This document shows positions 1 to 12,439 of a stretch of DNA of 64,000 nucleotides, one piece after another (position 1 is the stretch's first letter; each line of letters starts with the position of its first letter). The notes under the pieces were generated by a model. It searched no databases and had not been told where the DNA came from. It saw only the letters and a list, made by a program, of their open reading frames with translations. The stretch is taken from the NCBI GenBank assembly GCA_010093815.1, contig ML996571.1. One strand, written 5' to 3'. Source of the DNA: Pseudovirgaria hyperparasitica (Eukaryota). The position numbers and the translations under genes were made by a program.

Positions 1-872
1 CACACACGAGAACACCGCAATTTCGAACCAGATCTGGAGCTTGTTCATATGCCCTCTCCGAGCCTGCGACGATGATAACAGCATGTGCTCCCTCTCCATC
101 AGTCATGGACTTGACCTTCTCGACGACATTGTCTTTCTTGTAGTCGACAAACTCGCTAGCTCCAAGTCTCAGACACAGCTCTTTCTTGTCGTCGCCTCCA
201 TCAACGGCTATGACCTTGTAACCCTTGGCTCTCGCCGCGATCTGCACGCCGATATGTCCAAGTCCCCCACCAGCTCCAATGATAGCAACCCACTGACCAG
301 GCTGTACTTCTGGTGCAACCAGAGAAACCGCGCCAGCCAGACTCAGCCCAGCACATAGAAGCGGTGCCGCCACTTCAGAGGCAATGCCGTCAGGAATATG
401 CGTTACAAAGGCCGCATCTGCAACGGCATATTGCTGCAAAGTGCCCCAGCACGTCCGGCCAGTATTTCCTTGCTTCGAACAATTGTTCGCTCGGCCTTGA
501 CTGCAGCTAGAGCAATTCCTGCAGGCAGTCCACAGCCATTTGATACCCACTCTCTTCCCGATAAGATCTTCGTTGACGTTGAGCCCGACGGTGACGACTT
601 TGCCGACGCCTTCATGACCGGGTATTTCCGTGTATTCGCCCATGCCAAGTACATTGCGACAATCCGAGTGACTGCAGAGCACCCTGTGAGTGACCATAAC
701 TCGGCTGATCTATGACATGTATACAATACCAAAGGCCTGTACACTCCATTCTCACAAGGACTTCACCTGGGCCTGGCCTCTTCACCTCCACGTCATGCCG
801 GATATCTAGCTTCCAGTCTTTGCCTGGATTCACAATCCAACAGGCGGTCTGCCTGGAAGGGATTTCGCTCAT
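1..872 (-). CDS. Zinc-dependent alcohol dehydrogenase (MDR family), 3' end outside window; intron 672-729
   Basis: Spliced translation gives GLCHSD, GHEGVG, CRNCSSCSQGRANNC (structural Zn), APLLCAG and GAGGGLG (Rossmann); GT..CAG intron restores frame. Confidence 0.93.
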
Positions 873-1274
873 TTCAACGTGATTATCGTCGTACTCAAAC
901 TAGGCAATCGACTCAACCTCTTTCAATTGAAGCTTCCAGCACTTAAAGGGGGAGCTATTGGATATTATAAACCTCCGCCAATTCCTCTCTCTCTCTCGCG
1001 ATTTGCCGATGCTGCCCCGCACCGGCTCACTGAATAAGCGACATTCGGCATTTGACCTGTCTGGTACGCGGCTATATCGGCTGCAGCTTCCGCCGTCCAA
1101 GTCTTTCGTGGAGATGCTTGACGGTTTCAGCTCTGATGCGGCATCGAGACCAAATTTAGGGTCGATGTTCTGCTCGCGATTTGCATCGGTGTGGGCACGT
1201 CTCCTGCTTCTGGAATCGCCATAGAGACTCCAAGAGCATTCTCTGGATGTGTAGAAGGGTGTCGATAGCCTCTT

Positions 1275-2375
1275 TCAGGCTGCAAGAGCCAGTGCAACGA
1301 TCCTTTTCCCCCTATCACCACCCATGAAGTCGCTCGACTGGTCTTCCTCCTTGAAGCCAGAATCAAAGTCCATTTCGATACTGGCTTCGTATGCTTTGAC
1401 GACAATCTCTTCATCCACCCGCACTCCACCCTCTACCAGCGCTCTTATGATTCCTGCAATCCGCGATATCTCTTTCCTCGTCTCCATGCCAATCTCATCA
1501 TTCTGGCTCGAGTAGATCTCTGAGCTGATGCTTTCCTCAATTCGCGTGATGCTGACATCCTTCCCGGCGGCAACCGGCTCCACGTGTTTCGAGATCCAAA
1601 TGTATCCGTTTACTCCCAGAATGACATCAATCTCGCCTCCACCACGCGCCGTAGTCAGTGTGAAGAGCTGTCTTCTAGACCTCGCTACTCCACCGCTCTT
1701 GCCCCCACTACCACCAGTACCGGTCACACTAATAAAGTAGCCGTTGCGCAATTTTCCGTATTTCAAGCTCCTCGTATGAAGTGAGGCCGCGCCATCTCCA
1801 TGTATAGTCTGAACCTCTGCAACTACCAAGTCTCCCTCCGTGAAGAACGTCCTGATGTTGAGCTCGTCGACAGCAGTCCTTCGGCGAAGTATACCGCCTG
1901 GGAGATTGATAGCGGACAAGGGAAGCGAAGCAAGCAAGGGTCCGGCAACATCGACCCGCCATCTTTTGGATTGAACTTCGACGATGCGACCAATGACCAA
2001 ATCGCCAATCTCGGGAGTATATCGAGCACGGAGGGGTACGACGGAAAGGAGTTTATTCGTTTTTAGCACGGTGCCGGCAACAGTACTAAGTATTGTAGTG
2101 GAGTCGTTTGGAACGTAGGTTCCATGGCCGCTGTAGCATTGTTAGTTCGGTGATCCTTCCCTTCAATGTCACATATCTTACCGCATCCATTGCACGTCGT
2201 CCGTGACCAGCTCGCCAGGCGTAACAATCGAGTTGGAATGTGTCTTGGGCGTCAGCGATACCCCACCATCGAGCCCGCCCATACTCGTGTCGCCTTCAGA
2301 ATCATATTCATCGTCGTCTCTCGACACGGCTGGTAGGGTAGCGGCGGGCGCTGGCGGTAGGATGGTGAAAGGCAT
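1275..2375 (-). CDS. RRP4: Exosome complex RNA-binding cap subunit Rrp4; intron 2131-2181
   Basis: [18 protein letters not shown] across intron, [14 protein letters not shown] (S1), [24 protein letters not shown] (KH-like). Confidence 0.95.
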
Positions 2376-2887
2376 CCTAGATATCACTTGTGGTGTGGAG
2401 GCAGAAGCTGTTTATAGAACATTCATTTATCAAGACCGGGAAAAAAAAGAGCACCTTGAAGAGCAGGGACCACCTATAGAACCTAGACACTGCAGGTATT
2501 TGTGGAGCACAGGCGCTACGCTGAATGTGGAAATCAGCTAGTATCGGCCAGCTTGGATGCCATAAGATTTAATTAGCCATCAACAATCAGACTCTGCCTT
2601 CACCCTCGCACGACTGAAATGATCCACTTGCTACATCATATATTCATGTTGAAGTCCAAGAAACGATTGCATCTATACGCAGGAACTCGTGAGCAGTGTG
2701 AAGCGTAACCCTTGATAGCAACGGTTATATGTAAGGTCAGTCACTTTTGCACCAAACAACCAGCTAAGTCAACTACACGCTTTCGTTTCAGCGACTGGAA
2801 TTTTGACTTGCCGGTCTTTTTCCGCAAAAGTTCTACCTCTACGTCCTTGTCAGACGTTCTCTCTTTCTTTTTCGACACTCCAAAACC

Positions 2888-4930
2888 ATGGCAGGTCCTC
2901 GAGGTAGGTTCAACTTCAAAGGAGGTTTGACTGTCAGGCCAAGATCCTCACCTGGCCAAGCAACGCCTCCGAAGAAGCGGAAAACTGATTCAAAAAGTAC
3001 CGCGGCATCTCCCAGCCGCTCGGTTGTCATAGATCTAGGATCAGATTCGAGCGATGCAAAGGGGCCACCAAGGAAGAAATTGAAGTCGAACGCTTCGTCA
3101 AATGCCAGAATCCCGAAATGTTCCCCAAATCTACCCGAAGAAGAATCGAAACTAGATCCTTCAAGGCATTCTCCTCCGGCGGAGTCTTCGCAGAAGTCCA
3201 GTCATGCACTTGATGTAGAGGATCTTGTCACCATTTCATCCGACTCGGCTGACGAGGAATTGATGCAGCTAGCGGAGGAAGAAGGATCAGACTCAGACTT
3301 ACCTTCAGAGTCATCTGATCCACCAGAAGAAACGTTTCCAATAAAGGTACCCACTTCACCGAGGCTGCCCCCGCGTAATGAGAGAGAAGAACGTTGGGAG
3401 GAGATCAAGTCCATACTGTACACGCGCCCACTGACCGAGAGCGCAGCACGCATTGCTGAATTCGGCGGTATCGCTGTTGAGGAGGATGCACTCGTCAAAG
3501 ACCTGCAGCGCAAAGACGAGAATTTTGCTATACTGTTAAAGAGCATCCTCACGAAAAATGCCGACTCAGCCCAGCTCAAATACTTCTACGAGCTCCTTCA
3601 AAAGCAATACAACGAGTTGATGAAGCGGATCTCAACTGAGAAGTTCACCGACAGAAGTATCTCGTGGGACTGTAAAGGAGGTTACGGGGCAGATTGGGCT
3701 CACGCAGCCACCCACGATGACCAGGAAATCCACCCTCAGCATCTCAAAGGGGTTATCAGTCCCTTCGACGCCGCCCAATATATAAGAGACATCACCTGGA
3801 CCATCAAATTCGTCGGTACTGATGTACGTGCACGTCTGGCCAGGAATGCCAGGGTCTTGTCACAACATGTCGAAAGCCTCGAGGCAGAGAACCAGAAACT
3901 CAAAGACGAAATAATAGTGCTCAAAGGCGGAACAGTCAAGCCAAAGTACGTCTTGCCCGTTGGCAAATTCGGTGAATCATCTCACTGGGTTCGTATGAAA
4001 TGGAGCGAGGACGTCTGCAAACTCATCTCCGACCCGCTTGGTTATGGCAAACCCATCTACGATGACGACCACTATTGGGGTCTCGGAACGAAAATGCTCA
4101 AGAACCCTACATCCCCAGCAGAAGCAGCCCATCCCTGGTTCCTCAACAAGTCTGCCGGCATCGCCACTCGCTTCAATCACCCCAAGGCACTCTTCATGCT
4201 CTGGGAGGGCAGCCTCGGCGAAGAAGCCTTCTACGCGCCCGCTGTAAAATGGCACTCCAACAACGAGCCTAACCCAACAATGCCGCTCCTCACCGAGGAA
4301 GACCGCCGCAAAGCCCTCTACATGCACTGCAACCACCAGTTCCGCAAAAACTCGCCCTTCATCATGGCGTCCAGCAGCCTCGCATACGTCTCAAGCGTCT
4401 GGCAGTATCGCCTGCGCGCCAACTATCTCCTACAGCACGTCTCGCCCGTGCTCTTCCTCAGCGTCATCAGCGTCGCCGCGCGCCTGCTCGACTCCCACCC
4501 AATCCTCAAATTCACCGATGAACTCGCCTACTACAACATCTCACACCCCGAAATGTCCATCCCCTGCAATGGCTCCCCCGCCTTCTCAACCGAGTATCTC
4601 CTCCCATACATTGTCAAGTCTTCTCATGTCGTCGGTACGTACAAGCTCGATGGCATCATGGCTACGCAGCAGCGCTGGAAGATGGTCGAGGAGATCCGCC
4701 AGAAGGGCAATGGGGCGAAGAGTACGAGGCCGGTTGTGGTGGGCAAGTTCATGACGGATGCAAAGGAGAGGGACGAGCAGTGCTTGCAGCGGTGGTATGA
4801 CAAGAAGATTGAGAAGCAGGTGGACGCGTTCAACACGATGGCCTGGCATCCGGAGTGGCAAAAGGCCGGGGAGTTTAAGCGGGATCGGGATCTTGAAGCT
4901 GATAAGAATCGTGACGTGATCAGATATTAG
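2888..4930 (+). CDS. Hypothetical 680-aa protein: disordered NLS-rich N-terminus, coiled coil, C-terminal DUF7587/ART-like domain (tentative)
   Basis: Long intronless ORF; PPKKRK and PRKKLK basic motifs; H-x(7)-SPFIMASSSL and TEYL motifs in the C-terminal third. Confidence 0.75.
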   Translation: MAGPRGRFNFKGGLTVRPRSSPGQATPPKKRKTDSKSTAASPSRSVVIDLGSDSSDAKGPPRKKLKSNASSNARIPKCSPNLPEEESKLDPSRHSPPAESSQKSSHALDVEDLVTISSDSADEELMQLAEEEGSDSDLPSESSDPPEETFPIKVPTSPRLPPRNEREERWEEIKSILYTRPLTESAARIAEFGGIAVEEDALVKDLQRKDENFAILLKSILTKNADSAQLKYFYELLQKQYNELMKRISTEKFTDRSISWDCKGGYGADWAHAATHDDQEIHPQHLKGVISPFDAAQYIRDITWTIKFVGTDVRARLARNARVLSQHVESLEAENQKLKDEIIVLKGGTVKPKYVLPVGKFGESSHWVRMKWSEDVCKLISDPLGYGKPIYDDDHYWGLGTKMLKNPTSPAEAAHPWFLNKSAGIATRFNHPKALFMLWEGSLGEEAFYAPAVKWHSNNEPNPTMPLLTEEDRRKALYMHCNHQFRKNSPFIMASSSLAYVSSVWQYRLRANYLLQHVSPVLFLSVISVAARLLDSHPILKFTDELAYYNISHPEMSIPCNGSPAFSTEYLLPYIVKSSHVVGTYKLDGIMATQQRWKMVEEIRQKGNGAKSTRPVVVGKFMTDAKERDEQCLQRWYDKKIEKQVDAFNTMAWHPEWQKAGEFKRDRDLEADKNRDVIRY

Positions 4931-5143
4931 TGGTGTTGCTGTTGCGTGTTAGCCGTGACTACGGAGCATACGAGACAGGGACAGTCTCGGCTGGTGAGGC
5001 TTGCTTGTTTTCGGTGCTTGTACTGTAGTACAAAGAGCACACGATCCCTCATCGATCTTCAAGACCAAAAGCGTTTGAAGTTGTCATTCTGTAGCATGAC
5101 GTAAGTGAGGAAATGATCTTTGCTTCTGGGTATCTTCTATGTT

Positions 5144-6384
5144 TTACTTCTGTAGCCACGAGCCAGCTGCCCAAGCACCAACACACCCAAGTAGCGTTGC
5201 CGCTCCTACGAGTTTCTTCGTCCAGCCGTTCTCGTCGCTGATCCTTATTGCGCTCTGCCTCCTCTTCGACTCAGATTTCGCCACGGGGACTCGTTCTTTG
5301 GACACCCCCTCTTCTACCGACAGCCCATCCGACGTATTATGCCGCTTTTGCGCCTGCTGTACCATCCTCTCAATAGCGGCCATATCTTCCCTCCAGGCCG
5401 TCTCATTGCCCCTCCCCTCCATCTCTACATTCTGCACATTGCCAAAGAAGTCCATGATCAATCTACTCCGTGCTGCTGACTCGCCGCCAGGAAACAGGTC
5501 GTATCTGATGCCTGGGTCGCTGTGAATCTTGCCAGGATCGTAACTGTCGAATAGCTCGCCCATTGTCAGCTTTGACGACGGCTCCTGCACTTTCGTCTCG
5601 AGGAACTCGAGGTTGTAGTAGGTGTAGCGGTCGATGACGGCGACGCCAACGTCGTTGTCGGCGTGGTGCGAGTAGGACGACTGGTCGATTTCGGAGGAGC
5701 CGGTTGCGAGGATGTTGGGCGAGTAGAATTTGGAATACATGGTGTTGGCCTGGCAGGTGTCGATCATGAATAGGATCTCGTGGTAACTGGGAAAAACGTT
5801 AGTGCGTGCAGGTAGGTAGCATAGTGAGGATAGGGAGAGCAAGAAACGCACCGCTTTTTCTCGTACATCTGCTCAAAGGCATCTGCGAGGTCGAAGGCGC
5901 TGATTTCCTCGGCGTCTTGGAACTTGAGAAACTCGTCGCCGCCGTGGCCGGTCATGTATACGAGAATGTTGCTTCGGTCGTCCGTCAGCAGACGCTTGCT
6001 TCGAGGCATGTCCTCTCCAACGCGGTCTGTCATGAGCCTAATGAAGTTCTCTACAGTAACCTCATATCCACGGTAGTCCACCTCTATGTTGTCACCATAC
6101 AGGTCCAGCGCACGGTCTGCGTTGTTGTATACTGTTCCGGGAAACACATTGCGTGGGTTGCAGGCCATGTCATCGGGCAGCATGAGGATGATCTGGGAGT
6201 CGGGTATCCCCAGACGCTTGACTGTGCGGTATAGGGAGAGGACATTGGCGAGATGGCGGTAATTGAACCAGAATCGTGAGGTGGAGACGAGGACTGCCCA
6301 ATTTGAAGTATGTTCGGCGAGCGTCGGATGAACGAGGAGGGTGATCTGGAGGAGTGGGAGGATGAGAGAGCGAATGGAGAGCAT
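5144..6384 (-). CDS. GPI8: GPI-anchor transamidase catalytic subunit (peptidase C13); intron 5787-5851
   Basis: Signal peptide, [20 protein letters not shown], catalytic His in YMTGHGG and Cys in IDTCQA, C-terminal TM segment. Confidence 0.97.
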
Positions 6385-6699
6385 CTTGGCGCCTGGTGAA
6401 GCAAAATGCTCCAAAATACCGGATGGAAGACCAAAGGAATTGAGAAACTACTGCATAGCTTGAGTGAATCTCACCCAAGAAGCGATGTGGAGTCGTGGAG
6501 TTGGAGTGGTGCTTAGAGATCAGGGTCTCGCGCCGCGCTTGGCGTCTCGCTAAACGCGCGCCAGTCGGCGATGACTCGGCCAGATCCGTCATCATCTCTA
6601 CCATGGATTGATTAGATCGTCAGCTGTGCATTTCAGCTCCGGAGCTATCGGCCATAGCTTCAAGCACGACATCGACTCCCTCCACCATGCAGCAGCCGC

Positions 6700-9049
6700 A
6701 TGCAGCACCACGCCCCTATCGAACTCGACTCGCTCGATATGGCTCCAGACAGGGGCAGCAACAACACCACCCGCCTCCAATCGTCCAGAGTGCCCGCCAA
6801 CATGCGATCCTCGAACGAGTCTGATACTCACGAGCGGACCGAAGCTCAGCGAGAGCTCGCCCAGCGCGCCAGTGCGCCTCAAAACTTCACGATAAGAGGC
6901 GTGCTGGTGGGCCTGGTCATAGGAGTCGTGATATGCTTCTCGAACATGTACTTTGGTCTGCAGACCGGCTGGGTTAGTGGCATGGCCATGCCGTCTGCTC
7001 TACTTGGCTTCGCATGGTTCAAGGTCGTCGCAAGGACACTGAGCTATCCCTTCACGCCGGTGGAGAACGTTCTCATACAATCGGTGGCTGGATCTGTGGG
7101 GACCATGCCACTTGGCTGTGGCTTCGTAGGCGTTCTCCCAGCGCTCAACTTCCTGTTGAAGCCGGAGGAGAATGGCCCGCTGGATATCAGTCTGTGGAAG
7201 CTGGTCGTTTGGGCGCTGGGAATCTGCTTCTTCGGAGTAGTATTTGCCGTGCCCTTGCGGAAAGAAGTGATCATCAGAGAGAAGCTGAAGTTCCCGAGCG
7301 GGACGGCGACAGCGCTGATGATAGGCGTCCTACATGGAGAAAAGCATGATGCAAACATAATAAAGTATCGACCGCGTGAAGGGTCACAGGTGGATGACGA
7401 GCAAGAGCGGCTTTTGCCCTCTTCTGACGATGGGCCTGAAGGTGCGGACGCCGAGACCGCACATCAAGATGAGGCAGTCAAATCTGCGATAGCAGCTGCT
7501 GATTGGAAGGCGAGAATCCGCACGCTAGTTATTGCGTTCGGTGTCTCTGCTCTCTATGTAGGTGTATCCTTGGAGTGACTGGCGTAGATACTGACTGTAG
7601 CCAAAGACTCTTGTATCCTACTTTGTCCCACAGCTTCGCGATGTTCCGTTCCTTGGCCTACCTCTTGCGCAGAAGTGGCTGTGGACGCTCAACCCTTCTC
7701 CAGCTTATGTTGGTCAAGGTATCATTATGGGCCCGGCCACGACTCTGCATATGCTATTAGGTGCCATCTTAGGCTGGGGCATTCTGTCTCCGTTGGCCAA
7801 ACAGAGGGGCTGGGCACCGGGCCCAGTGAACGATTGGGAGACTGGTAGCAAAGGCTGGATAGTCTGGATCAGCCTTGCAATCATGCTGACCGATGCGCTT
7901 GTCAGTCTTGGCTGGTTGATAGTTAGACCTCTTATATCATATGGTCGGATCATCTTGCCGGAACTGTGGCGCGAGGTCGGCAATCATTCCTGGAAGGATA
8001 TTGTCACCCTCAACATACACCCAGGCAGTGGCACTTATTCGGGTATCAGAGACGGCCATTCAAATTCTTGGTCTGGCAGTTCGCTCATAAAGAAGATAAG
8101 AGAACATTCTGACGGCGAGGAAGAGCCAGACGCTCCACCTGAGCACCTGATTTCGAAACGGACGACTCTTGTTGGATTGGTGTTGTCCATCATCGTCTGC
8201 GTTGCTGCTGTTCACATAACATTCCCTGGCCTAGTACCATTCGGATTGACACTTCTTGCACTTGTGTTTGCCTTGTTGATGTCAATCATGGGTGTCCGGG
8301 CCCTGGGGGAAACAGATCTAAATCCAGTATCTGGTATCTCGAAGATTACACAGCTCATATTCGCAGCTATCACCCCACCAGGGAAAAACGCTGTCATCAT
8401 CAACCTCATCGCGGGCGCAATCAGCGAAAGCGGTGCTCTGCAAGCCGGAGACTTACTGCAAGACCTCAAAGCTGGTCATCTGCTGGGAGCTGCTCCAAAT
8501 GCCCAGTTCTGGGGCCAGATCATCGGAAGCACAGTGGGTGCTATTGTCAGCGCACTCGTATACAAGCTTTACGTCAGCGTGTACAAGATTCCTGGAGGCC
8601 TGTTCCAAGTTCCAACAGGATATGTCTGGATCTTCACTGCCCGGCTCGTGACTGGCAGTGGGCTCCCACCCATGGTGACAGAATGGGCGAGCGGTGCAGC
8701 TGTGATCTGGTTTGCACTGACCGCAGCAAGAACATATGGGAATGCAGTTAAAGCTAGGGGTAACAGAGCACCCTGGATTGATTATGTTCCCGGTGGTATC
8801 GCTGTTGCTGTTGGTAAGTGAGACCGGACGCTTCGTCAGACATGTTCTAACACGATTGTAGGAATGTATAACACGCCGTCATTCACCATGGCTCGCACGA
8901 TCGGTGGTCTCATCAGCATGTACTGGAAGCACTACAAGAAGCGGGAAGAGACCCCGATCATTGTCCTAGCGAGTGGTTTGATCCTGGGAGAGGGTGTTTT
9001 CAGCATCGTGAATTTACTTCTGGCTAGTGCCAAGATCCCACATCTGTAA
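6700..9049 (+). CDS. OPT-superfamily (YSL/YGL114W-like) transporter; introns 7558-7606 and 8814-8861
   Basis: NMYFGLQTGW, FTPVENV, LKFPSGTATA, ALGETDLNPVSG, LQDLKAGHL, ASGLILGEG; splice sites keep frame. Confidence 0.93.
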
Positions 9050-9554
9050 GCAGGGAGTCGGATATCTAATCATTTCGAACATCTTCCGCGTATTCTTACA
9101 GTAATCATAATTATCTCGAGATGTCACCCGAAGCTTATGGCCTCGTATTCGATATGACAGGTACTGTGTGATCAGCTCAAGATTCTGAATTGCGAAAGTG
9201 CGCCTCGCGTGCGAAGAAGACGCCGTAAGACAATCGTTGTGAAGTGTGTTTGGACGTTCGGTAGCCTGACAAGGCAATTGAGTCTGGGTGTCGGTAGATT
9301 CGGTATCCATTGCCCCGAAGCGAAACCTATGATGCCAACGTCATTTTCGGTGATCATACTATCTATGGTTTCCCCAGATCTACCTACGGCTTCGGATATC
9401 GCGTCAAGGTTCCCTGCAAGTCTGCACCTAGTGCCGGCATTCTTTGACTTCTTGTTCGGCACTTTTACCATACGATGCCCCATTTGTTTTACGACATTTA
9501 AAGGTACAGTCTCTTTGTGGCTTTGAGGGATAGACCATAGCTTCATTGTGCATC

Positions 9555-11645
9555 ATGTTCGCGAGTTCACTATTCTTCTCAGGTCTGCTGAGCTCAGCTT
9601 TGGCTGTTGCCAAATATGATGAATACATCTTGACTCCCAGCTCTAGGAAGATTCATCCTTCTTCAGTATATAACATCAATGGCACTGTTGATGGTTCCGA
9701 GTCTCTCATCGCCAGCTCCTCTGGGAGTGCCATATTCCACGACTTTTCTGCCGTCACATACGACTATGGCAAAAACATTGGCGGCATCGTCTCATTGACA
9801 ATTGGAGCAATTTCGGATACTGATCAGCTCATTGGTATTACGTTCAGCGAAAGCTCGCTCTGGATCTCTGGTGAATGGTCCGACGCAACCGCTGACGAAG
9901 GCAACGACGTATCCCTCTTCTTCTATCCAAGCGGGCCTGGGGTTTATACAGTTGGCGAACAGTACCAGCGAGGTGGCTTCAGATATCTAAGTCTAGTACA
10001 TAATACAACGGGGAGTCTGGAAGTTCAAAAGATCGAAGTTAATTACACTGCAGTCCCTCATATTGAGGAAGCCCAGATGAGAGCATACTCTGGCTGGTTC
10101 CATTCAGACGGTGCGTATACTAATTTCTAGCTCAGGATCCACACAGAGCTGCTCGATACTAATGACGGGTCAGATGAGCTCATCAACAGAATATGGTACG
10201 CAGGTGCCTACACTGCCCAACTCTGCACCCTCGACCCTCATTACGGCAACTCCCTTAACTTCCTCACCGACCCAGAGAATAATCCCTCGACCCCAGTCAA
10301 TGGCGTTGTGAACTGGTACTCTAACACCACCATCGCAAACGCATCCTCAGTTCTTGCAGATGGTGCCAAACGCGATCGTCTGGTATGGCCCGGCGACATG
10401 GTCGTGTCCTGGCCGTCCATGCTCGTGTCCACAAATGACAAAGTCACTGTCACAAACTCCCTCACTTCCCTCTTCGACCGTCAGAATATGACCACGGGCG
10501 TGATGCCATACGCCGGCGTACCGTTCCCGTTCATGTACTCGGCGACGTATCATCTGCACAGCCTGATAGGCACCGCAGAGATCTATGTATACGACGGCGA
10601 CCTCGAATTTGTCAGGGAGAAATGGGAACAGTGGAAATTCGCACTCGCGTACTCGCTCAGCACCATCGACGAAACCGGTCTCATCAACGTCACCTCATCG
10701 GCAGACTGGCTGCGCTTCGGCATGGGCGGGCACAACATCGAGGCCAACGCCATCCTGTACCACACACTCAACTATGGCGTCATCCTAGCCGAAGCACTCA
10801 ACGACACGTCCGTAATCACAACATACCAGAACTACGCCGCGAACATCAAATCCGCCGCACAGGACCTCCTCTGGGACCCTTCCGCGAACCTCTTCCGCGA
10901 CAACGAAACCACATCCCTCCACCCACAAGACGGTAACGCCTGGGCCGTGCTCGCAAACCTGACCACCAGCTCCTCGCAAGCCGCCTCCATCTCCCAATCC
11001 CTCATCTCCCGCTGGACGACATACGGCGCGCCCGCCCCTGAGGCCGGCCCCACCGTGTCCCCATTCGTCGGCTTCTTCGAGCTCCAAGCCCACGCCGCCG
11101 CACACAACGCCTCGGCTGTGCTCGCGCTGACACGGCTGCAATGGGGCTTCATGCTAGACGACGCGCGCATGACGAACAGCACGTTCATCGAGGGGTACAG
11201 TACAGATGGCAGTTTGCACTACGCGCCGTACCGCAATGATCCGCGCGTGAGCCACGCGCATGGCTGGAGCACGGGGCCGACCTCGGTGCTCACGTTCCAG
11301 ATTGCCGGCGTGCAGATTGTGAAGGCGGGTGGGAGGGAGTGGAGGATTGCGCCACGTCTTGGGGGGCTGGGGCATACGCATGCGGGATTCGAGACTTCGC
11401 TGGGTGTGTTTGCGGCCAGGACGAAGTTGGGGGAGGGCGGGGAGTTGAGGATTGAGTTTGAGGCGCCTGAGGGGACGGTGGGGAGGTTGAGCGTGGAGAG
11501 ACCCAGGTGTGCGGGGATGATGGTGTTGGAGGGGCGGTGTGGGAGGGAGGAGTTTGCGATCAGGGAGAATGAGGGGGATGTTGGTGATTTCGAGATCGCC
11601 GGACTGGGAGGAGGGGAGTGGGTGTTGACGTTTGGGTGTGCGTGA
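9555..11645 (+). CDS. Secreted GH78 alpha-L-rhamnosidase; intron 10111-10173
   Basis: Signal peptide; DDELINRIWYAGAYT across intron; DGAKRDRLVWPGD; SHAHGWSTGPT. Confidence 0.92.
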
Positions 11646-11947
11646 AAAGGGGGCTCGGGGCGAATGCTTGGAAAAAGGGGCACTTGGGTTTTATGTAGGC
11701 TTTACAGCTCGACAGGCTAGTTATGAGTCTTACACTGGCTATTATGTGAGTCTTGCACGAGTATTGATTTCTCGCTATGGGGTCTTCCATCGCTTGCTCA
11801 GGCTTAAGCGCTTGTCCTGCTTGTCGTCCTCTCGTGACTCGGTTGTTGTGCATACTGGAGGGTCAAGGTGGCGAGGTGGAACTTGAGAATGGTTTTTATT
11901 TGGAGAAGATAGCCTTGTAAGGCACTCAACAAGGGGGGTAGTATACG

Positions 11948-12092
11948 AGAAGATACTATATGGAAGGATACTATATGGAAGGATACTATATGGAAGGATA
12001 CTATATGGAAGGATACTATATGGAAGGATACTATATGGAAGGATACTATATGAGAAGATACTACATAGAACGATACTATGTTGGAAGATAAC
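11948..12092. repeat. 15-bp minisatellite (GAAGGATACTATATG)n, six perfect copies plus 3-4 degenerate flanking copies
   Basis: Direct reading: perfect units 11963-12052, variant units at 11948, 12053 and 12068. Confidence 0.97.
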
Positions 12093-12439
12093 TCACCAAG
12101 TCACTCACAATCTGTATATAAAGAGATCCCATCTATGACACTCGGCTTGTCTGGATAACTTGGATAGATCAATCTGAAGTTATGTGGGCTAGAATTGTCT
12201 GAATAGACTAAGTATGAAATGTTCAGAGGACCTGTCAACAGAGCCGACTATGGATCATCACAACCAGCTTCCCCGCAACACCAGGACCTCGGTGGAGCTC
12301 CCGCTTTCGCCACTCCAAGATAAGTACCTTGGGCGCTTCCAAGCTGCTTCCAACCACTTACGACGCAGTCTTTTGCAATCATTTCATGCTGTGCTTCCCA
12401 TCTGCATGATCGCTACCTTCATTGCTCTATTGAATCAAT

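Noticed and set aside
11948..12092. Repeat array as CRISPR
   Set aside because: Head-to-tail 15-bp units with no spacers, no cas genes, eukaryotic context
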